DNA of 64,000 nt from contig CBDCUI010000009.1 of the NCBI GenBank assembly GCA_965222615.1, positions 576,001 to 640,000 of the forward strand, given 5' to 3'. The notes under the pieces are model-generated. The model was not told the DNA's origin and did not search any database. It worked only from the letters and a program-made list of their open reading frames with translations. Position numbers and translations under genes: made by a program. This stretch comes from Gammaproteobacteria bacterium. Its GTDB lineage: Bacteria > Pseudomonadota > Gammaproteobacteria > UBA4575. This document shows positions 59,154 through 64,000 of the stretch, in pieces. Numbering within the stretch: position 1 is the first letter of the stretch; each line of letters starts with the position of its first letter.

Positions 59154-60734
59154 TTAATCATTGATCGGTTTTATCGACCCTTCGATAACTTCCGCTCCAA
59201 AACTAGATTTGAATGCTTTAACTACTTCATCTTCTTCAACATATTTCTCGGCACGAGAACGTTTCTTAGCATCTGCACGATCTTTTTCCTTTGCGGGCGT
59301 CTCTATTTCTTTTGCAGAAATTTCTATTACCAATGATAAGTCTTTATCAAAATATAACTGCAGTGCTTTTTCTAACTTTTGTTTAACATTTGTCGTTGCT
59401 ATTCCTTCATGCTGCGGTGCAAGATTAAGCACTATCCTATCGTCAGTTGTTTCTTTTAGACTACAATTTGAAGCAAGTGAATATGCCACACCTTGTAAGT
59501 TAAGATTTTCAATTATTTTTGGCCAGGATTGTTTATTTTCATTTAAGTCCTGTAAATTTTGATCCGCTTTTTTTTCATCAGGATTATTTGCGACTTTTTT
59601 TTTCGTTTCGATATTTTTCTCTATGCTACTCGGGACATAGTTACTTTTATTTGCTGGCTTAAAGGAAAGCATGCGCAATAATGTCATTTCTAATGCGCAC
59701 TGCGAAGAAGTAGACAGATACAAGTCACGCTTGCCTATTAATGCAATTTGATAAAAAAGCTGAACATCTTCAGGGCTGATACGTTTACTTAAATCATCAA
59801 CTAAACTTTTATCGTAATCTATTGTGTTTAAAATATTTGGCACAGCCTGCACCAATGCGACTTGATGTAAAGTAGTAATAATATCTTCAAAGAAACTCTC
59901 AAAATCTGCAGATAATTTTGCTAACTCATGTGTGCATTGCATAATCTCTGCTGCATCTTCGTCAGCTAAGGCTTGTAATAACTTTTGCAAATACTCCCTT
60001 GGCACTGTGCCTAACATTTCGTGAATAGCAGAATCCGTAACATTACCGTCACTATATGCAATGGCTTGATCTAACAAGCTTAACGCATCACGCATGCTGC
60101 CATCGGCACTACGTGCCAATGAGTGTAGCGCCGATGTTTCAAATGATATTTCTTCAGCTTGTATAAGTTTTTCTAATTGCTGACTTATCATGTCATCTGA
60201 TAATTTTTTTAAATTAAACTGCAAACATCTGGAGAGCACCGTAATCGGTAACTTTTGAGAATCCGTAGTTGCTAAAAGAAACTTAACATGAGGTGGCGGC
60301 TCTTCTAGGGTCTTGAGCAAGGCATTAAAACTATGGCCCGAAAGCATATGTACTTCGTCGATTAAGTAGACCTTATAGTTGCCACGGCTGGGACTATATT
60401 GAACATTATCGAGTAGCTCACGTGTATCTTCCACTTTAGTTCGCGAGGCTGCATCTACTTCAATTAGATCGATAAAACGACCTTCGTCGATCTCAAGACA
60501 AGCCCCGCATTTACCACAAGGAGTTGAATTAACACCTTGTTCACAATTTAGGCATTTGGCAAAAATCCTTGCTAGGGTGGTCTTACCTACCCCCCGAGTA
60601 CCTGTGAATAAATACGCATGATGCAAACGTTCTTGATCAAGTGCATTCGCCAATGCCTTAACGACATGGCTTTGTCCAACTACCTCAGTAAAATTTTTAG
60701 GTCGCCATTTTCTGGCTAACGCTTGATAACTCAT
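59154..60734 (-). CDS. dnaX: DNA polymerase III subunit gamma/tau
   Basis: MSYQALARKWRP, GTRGVGKTT, DEVH, SRC. Start refined to 60734; the longer ORF-track start overlaps ffs. Confidence 0.97.
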   Translation of the reverse strand: MSYQALARKWRPKNFTEVVGQSHVVKALANALDQERLHHAYLFTGTRGVGKTTLARIFAKCLNCEQGVNSTPCGKCGACLEIDEGRFIDLIEVDAASRTKVEDTRELLDNVQYSPSRGNYKVYLIDEVHMLSGHSFNALLKTLEEPPPHVKFLLATTDSQKLPITVLSRCLQFNLKKLSDDMISQQLEKLIQAEEISFETSALHSLARSADGSMRDALSLLDQAIAYSDGNVTDSAIHEMLGTVPREYLQKLLQALADEDAAEIMQCTHELAKLSADFESFFEDIITTLHQVALVQAVPNILNTIDYDKSLVDDLSKRISPEDVQLFYQIALIGKRDLYLSTSSQCALEMTLLRMLSFKPANKSNYVPSSIEKNIETKKKVANNPDEKKADQNLQDLNENKQSWPKIIENLNLQGVAYSLASNCSLKETTDDRIVLNLAPQHEGIATTNVKQKLEKALQLYFDKDLSLVIEISAKEIETPAKEKDRADAKKRSRAEKYVEEDEVVKAFKSSFGAEVIEGSIKPIND

Positions 60735-60770
60735 TCCTGGATTATACGAGATTATAATATTTCTAAACTT

Positions 60771-60884
60771 AAACGACCTGTGCCAGCGATCCCTTTGCAC
60801 CCGAAGTATACTGTTACCGTTGCTCCCTTCCGGGCCTGGCGGGGTTCACAGCATTTCGTCGCAAGGGTACTGACACAGACCGCC
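60771..60884 (-). ncRNA. ffs: Signal recognition particle 4.5S RNA
   Basis: GTGAACCCCGCCAGGCCCGGAAGGGAGCAACGG domain IV motif, complementary ends, upstream of dnaX. Confidence 0.93.
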
Positions 60885-61000
60885 ATAAGACTATAGCCTA
60901 GAGCTTAAGTTTTTAAAATACAGCAAAAATTTGATTAAAGCATGATCAAACTAATTAGGGAAATTTGATCTTGAAAGCCACACTTTTATAAGGAGTGTTT

Positions 61001-61525
61001 ATGTCCTTTTTTTCTTTACTCTCGCCTTCAAAACTGTTCTCAAAAACAAAATCACAAATCCGTGGTGCAAATTGGGAATTTTGGATTGGAAACTTTTTTG
61101 TTGTCTTTTCAACTGTCTTAGGTGTGTATCTAGCTGCTCACGCAGCATTAGAAACTGCTATCAAATATGATGCGGTCCGCACTGATCGAGATAATTACTA
61201 TATGAGATCATCTTTATATAACGAACTCAATCATAATATTAGTGCCTTAGAAAAAATCATTGAAAATTTAAGAGAGGGGCGTAGATACCGTATACAAGAT
61301 CAATATACTATTCATCCCCGATATTTTGTATGGGAGTCATTAAAATCTTCTCCATCTGCACTTACTACACCTCCTAAGATTTTAGCAGGCGTAAGTGAGT
61401 TCTATGGGAACTCACAAATTGTGCTAAATAAAGTCAGTGGGAGAAGAGATTTTAAAATGGGAATATCTGCTAATGATTTAGAGAAACAAGTTGAAAAACT
61501 AAAAAAACAACCCTACCCCCTTTAG
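61001..61525 (+). CDS. Hypothetical single-TM protein, possibly frameshifted near the C-terminus
   Basis: AAGGAG RBS, TM segment STVLGVYLAA; the alternative frame after an A-run continues to 61584. Confidence 0.65.
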   Translation: MSFFSLLSPSKLFSKTKSQIRGANWEFWIGNFFVVFSTVLGVYLAAHAALETAIKYDAVRTDRDNYYMRSSLYNELNHNISALEKIIENLREGRRYRIQDQYTIHPRYFVWESLKSSPSALTTPPKILAGVSEFYGNSQIVLNKVSGRRDFKMGISANDLEKQVEKLKKQPYPL

Positions 61526-61765
61526 AACAAAACTTAAAAGAGCTTAGAGAAGAATTGATTGAAAGTGAGATTGAGTTTGAGTAGTAATTACAAACGTCTT
61601 TAATCAATTATACACATAATAAGGAGACTATTGATCTACTTTACTATTGTGTATTAGACAAAAACTCTGTACCGACTGTATTGATTATCAAGGAAAGAGT
61701 GGATGGAAGGGGGCGGAGTGATCATACCCTGGTTTGGTGGAGTCCAAGAAAGAGGATGGTTTAGT

Positions 61766-62629
61766 TTAACTGCTTGCATGTTGTCGTTCAAATTGTACAG
61801 GTGTTAAGTAATTCAAGTAACTGTGTCTACGCTGTCGATTGTAAAAAATCTCTATATATTCAAAGATACTGCGTTTAGCTTGTTCGCGTGTTTTATACTG
61901 ACAATGATGAGTCAGCTCTGTCTTTAGTGTATGAAAGAAACTCTCCATCGCTGCATTATCTAAACAATTGCCTTTACGGCTCATACTACAAGTCATGCGA
62001 TGGTCTTTCAGTAGTTGATGATATTCAGAGGTGCGATATTCCATGCCTTGATCCGAGTGAATCAGTAAGTCTCGTTTGCGTGAGCGTTGACTTAAAGCCA
62101 TCCTAAGCGCATCCAACGTTAAGTGTTTATTACGTTTGTCTGACATCGACCAACCAATGATTTTTCTAGAAAATAAATCCATAATCACTGCGACATATAA
62201 CCAACCGGCCCGAGTGGGCACATAGGTGTAATCGGATACCCAGCGTTGATTCGTGTGTTGCGCAGAGAAGTCACGTTGCAATTGATTGGTTTCTATATGT
62301 TCAAACGTCTTACCTCGCTTGCTTCGCTCCCATAAACATTTCATGCGCGTCTTTAACCCGGCTTGCTTCATCAAGCGTGCCACACGATGTTTGCCACATG
62401 GAACACCTGAGGCGTTCAGCTCAGCATGAATTCTAGGATAACCGTATGTCTGTCTTGAAGATTGATGAATATCGATAATCAGCTTCAGCAATTGTCGATT
62501 GGCTTTAGTACGCGCACTCATCGGCCGATCTCGCCATGCATAGTAACCACTCTCAGAGACTTGCAGTGCACGACATATCCAAGCAATTGGATAATCATGG
62601 CGATGCTGATGAACCCACTCAAACTTCAT
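61766..62629 (-). CDS. IS3 transposase OrfB (DDE)
   Basis: WVSDYTY, HSDQG, DNAAMESFF. Confidence 0.95.
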   Translation of the reverse strand: MKFEWVHQHRHDYPIAWICRALQVSESGYYAWRDRPMSARTKANRQLLKLIIDIHQSSRQTYGYPRIHAELNASGVPCGKHRVARLMKQAGLKTRMKCLWERSKRGKTFEHIETNQLQRDFSAQHTNQRWVSDYTYVPTRAGWLYVAVIMDLFSRKIIGWSMSDKRNKHLTLDALRMALSQRSRKRDLLIHSDQGMEYRTSEYHQLLKDHRMTCSMSRKGNCLDNAAMESFFHTLKTELTHHCQYKTREQAKRSIFEYIEIFYNRQRRHSYLNYLTPVQFERQHASS

Positions 62630-62922
62630 TCCGATAGCTTGGTGAAGTGGTGGGTCGCTTTTTTTAAAATCTCATTCTCTGCACGCAAACGTTCGTTCTC
62701 TTTACGCAGTTTCGTTAATTGCGCAGCTTCACCACTTTGTTGACCTTTACCAGGAAAGGAATCTTCGCCTTTAATGGCCAATTGCTCTTTCCATTTGTAT
62801 ATTTGATTGACGCGAATACCAAGTTCACGCGCCACTTGAGTGACTGATTGGTCACTTTCTTCCGCTAATCGAATCGCTTCTAACTTAAATTCTTTTGTGT
62901 ATTGACGATATTGTCGTGGCAT
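62626..62922 (-). CDS. IS3 transposase OrfA (HTH)
   Basis: YTKEFKLEAIRL, VARELGI; A7G slippery run near its end; ATGA overlap with orfB. Confidence 0.95.
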   Translation of the reverse strand: MPRQYRQYTKEFKLEAIRLAEESDQSVTQVARELGIRVNQIYKWKEQLAIKGEDSFPGKGQQSGEAAQLTKLRKENERLRAENEILKKATHHFTKLSE

Positions 62923-63068
62923 TGAGTTCTCCTTATCAGGGTAGTTTAACCCCTTTCAAGAACTCCATTAAACCGGGGGAAGATCAGAGCACGTTACCCC
63001 CTTGCTTTTTCCGACTAAGATCGTACTGATGAATAAAACTTTTCGGACTGTACCTCCATTAATCCCAT

Positions 63069-64000
63069 TTATTTATATGTGTATTGGAGCATTAACCAGA
63101 ATTTTTCGGTATCGACGCAAAATAGAGGATCGCTACCAGCGCCAGTACCACAGTCTTCACTGTAATCCGCGTATTTTATTACTCCAAGTAAACCCTTCTT
63201 GCCAAAGAGATCCGGTTTACCCCATAGCAGATTCCATTCTTTACCATAGTCCGAAATTCTGCCATTAGGGCCCGTGAAAGTTTTATCTGTTTCAAAGTCA
63301 TGATAAGAGACAACAATCTTGTTTTTACCAATTACATTACCGAAAAGGCCCAAAATTGTAAGATTGACACTAGTATCTTCGATACCTCCTACAGGGGTTG
63401 CTGAACCGCCAGTGGGTCCAATGAATTTGTCTGCCCAACCCTGGAATGCATGAAATGTGGCAAGAGGAGTTTGCAAGGCATTCCCTCCATCACCCTGACC
63501 TTCCAGGACTTCCTTTCCTACTGTAATTTGGAATGTAGGCTCACCAATAGGCATGAGACCTAAACCATCGACCCGGGTGCCACCAAATCTCACACCTAGC
63601 TCAATGTTGTAATAATCATTGTCGTCAAAATCGACGACTTCTACACCTGCACCGTTCTCACCTGCATCACCCTTTGGATCTTGGTTGGCCCATTCGAACT
63701 CAGTTAATAAATCAAGTGAGTCACCCAAAGCATGTTTGCCCGTCCATCTGGCACCAATAGTATCGGAATCAAATACAACGGGTGGCACAGGGCCTAGTGC
63801 AAATGGCACTCCTCCACCCTCTTGAAATGGTGTTCTATCATTATCTTCGAAATCGAGTAAATAACCATATGCTACAAGCTTACCGATATCCGGGAAAGTA
63901 TAGGAAGCATTTATAAGATGTGCGTCATCCATTTTCCATTCATTAAAAACGGATTTCTCACCAAAAGTACGCTTAACCTTATTGAGATAGGAATAGGATA
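63069..64000 (-). CDS. Alginate-export-family outer-membrane beta-barrel, C-terminal part
   Basis: LQTPLATFHAFQGWADKF, YADY, DTEKFWLMLQYTYK terminal strand; the start lies outside the window. Confidence 0.75.
   Translation of the reverse strand, partial: SYSYLNKVKRTFGEKSVFNEWKMDDAHLINASYTFPDIGKLVAYGYLLDFEDNDRTPFQEGGGVPFALGPVPPVVFDSDTIGARWTGKHALGDSLDLLTEFEWANQDPKGDAGENGAGVEVVDFDDNDYYNIELGVRFGGTRVDGLGLMPIGEPTFQITVGKEVLEGQGDGGNALQTPLATFHAFQGWADKFIGPTGGSATPVGGIEDTSVNLTILGLFGNVIGKNKIVVSYHDFETDKTFTGPNGRISDYGKEWNLLWGKPDLFGKKGLLGVIKYADYSEDCGTGAGSDPLFCVDTEKFWLMLQYTYK

Larger units (their letters stand above)
61719..62986 (-). mobile_element. Complete IS3-family insertion sequence (1268 bp)
   Basis: TG...CA ends, imperfect inverted repeats TGATCATACCCTGGTTTGGTGGAGT / TGATCTTCCCCCGGTTTAATGGAGT, 3-bp direct repeat GAG at 61716-61718 and 62987-62989. 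Confidence 0.95.

Noticed and set aside
60735-60800. N-terminal extension of DnaX in the ORF track
   Set aside because: It overlaps the SRP RNA; the conserved start is MSYQ at 60734.
1679-63825. Many 60-145 aa ORFs antisense to, or nested in, identified genes
   Set aside because: They are shadow ORFs of well-supported genes, with no motifs or RBS.

Overview
AT-rich gammaproteobacterial chromosome segment, judged from the rpoE-rseA-rseB-degP-lepA, nadB, orn, rsgA and recR-ybaB-dnaX-ffs gene order. The left part has efflux and metal-resistance genes: ABC pair, TolC plus multicopper oxidase, and ChrA. A ~20 kb one-carbon/organosulfur island follows (7.1-26.9 kb). It contains a methanethiol oxidase operon (mtoX-SCO-MauG-two TlpA), an NAD-linked formate dehydrogenase, and a formylmethanofuran module. 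That module is the top finding: unlike the degenerate bacterial FhcB, it keeps an apparently catalytically intact FwdB plus FwdD, and is followed directly by a 7Fe ferredoxin and a ferredoxin-NADP reductase. Other features: an orphan EGKCG-repeat RiPP precursor with inserted EF-hands; an integrase-less attC cassette cluster; two intergenic repeat families; three unannotated small ORFs, one behind a CRP-type site and two behind a sigma32-type promoter; a TetR-regulated VIT-vWA GlyGly-CTERM gene; and an intact IS3 element inserted into a hairpin loop. All calls are from motif recognition by eye; no database searches were run.
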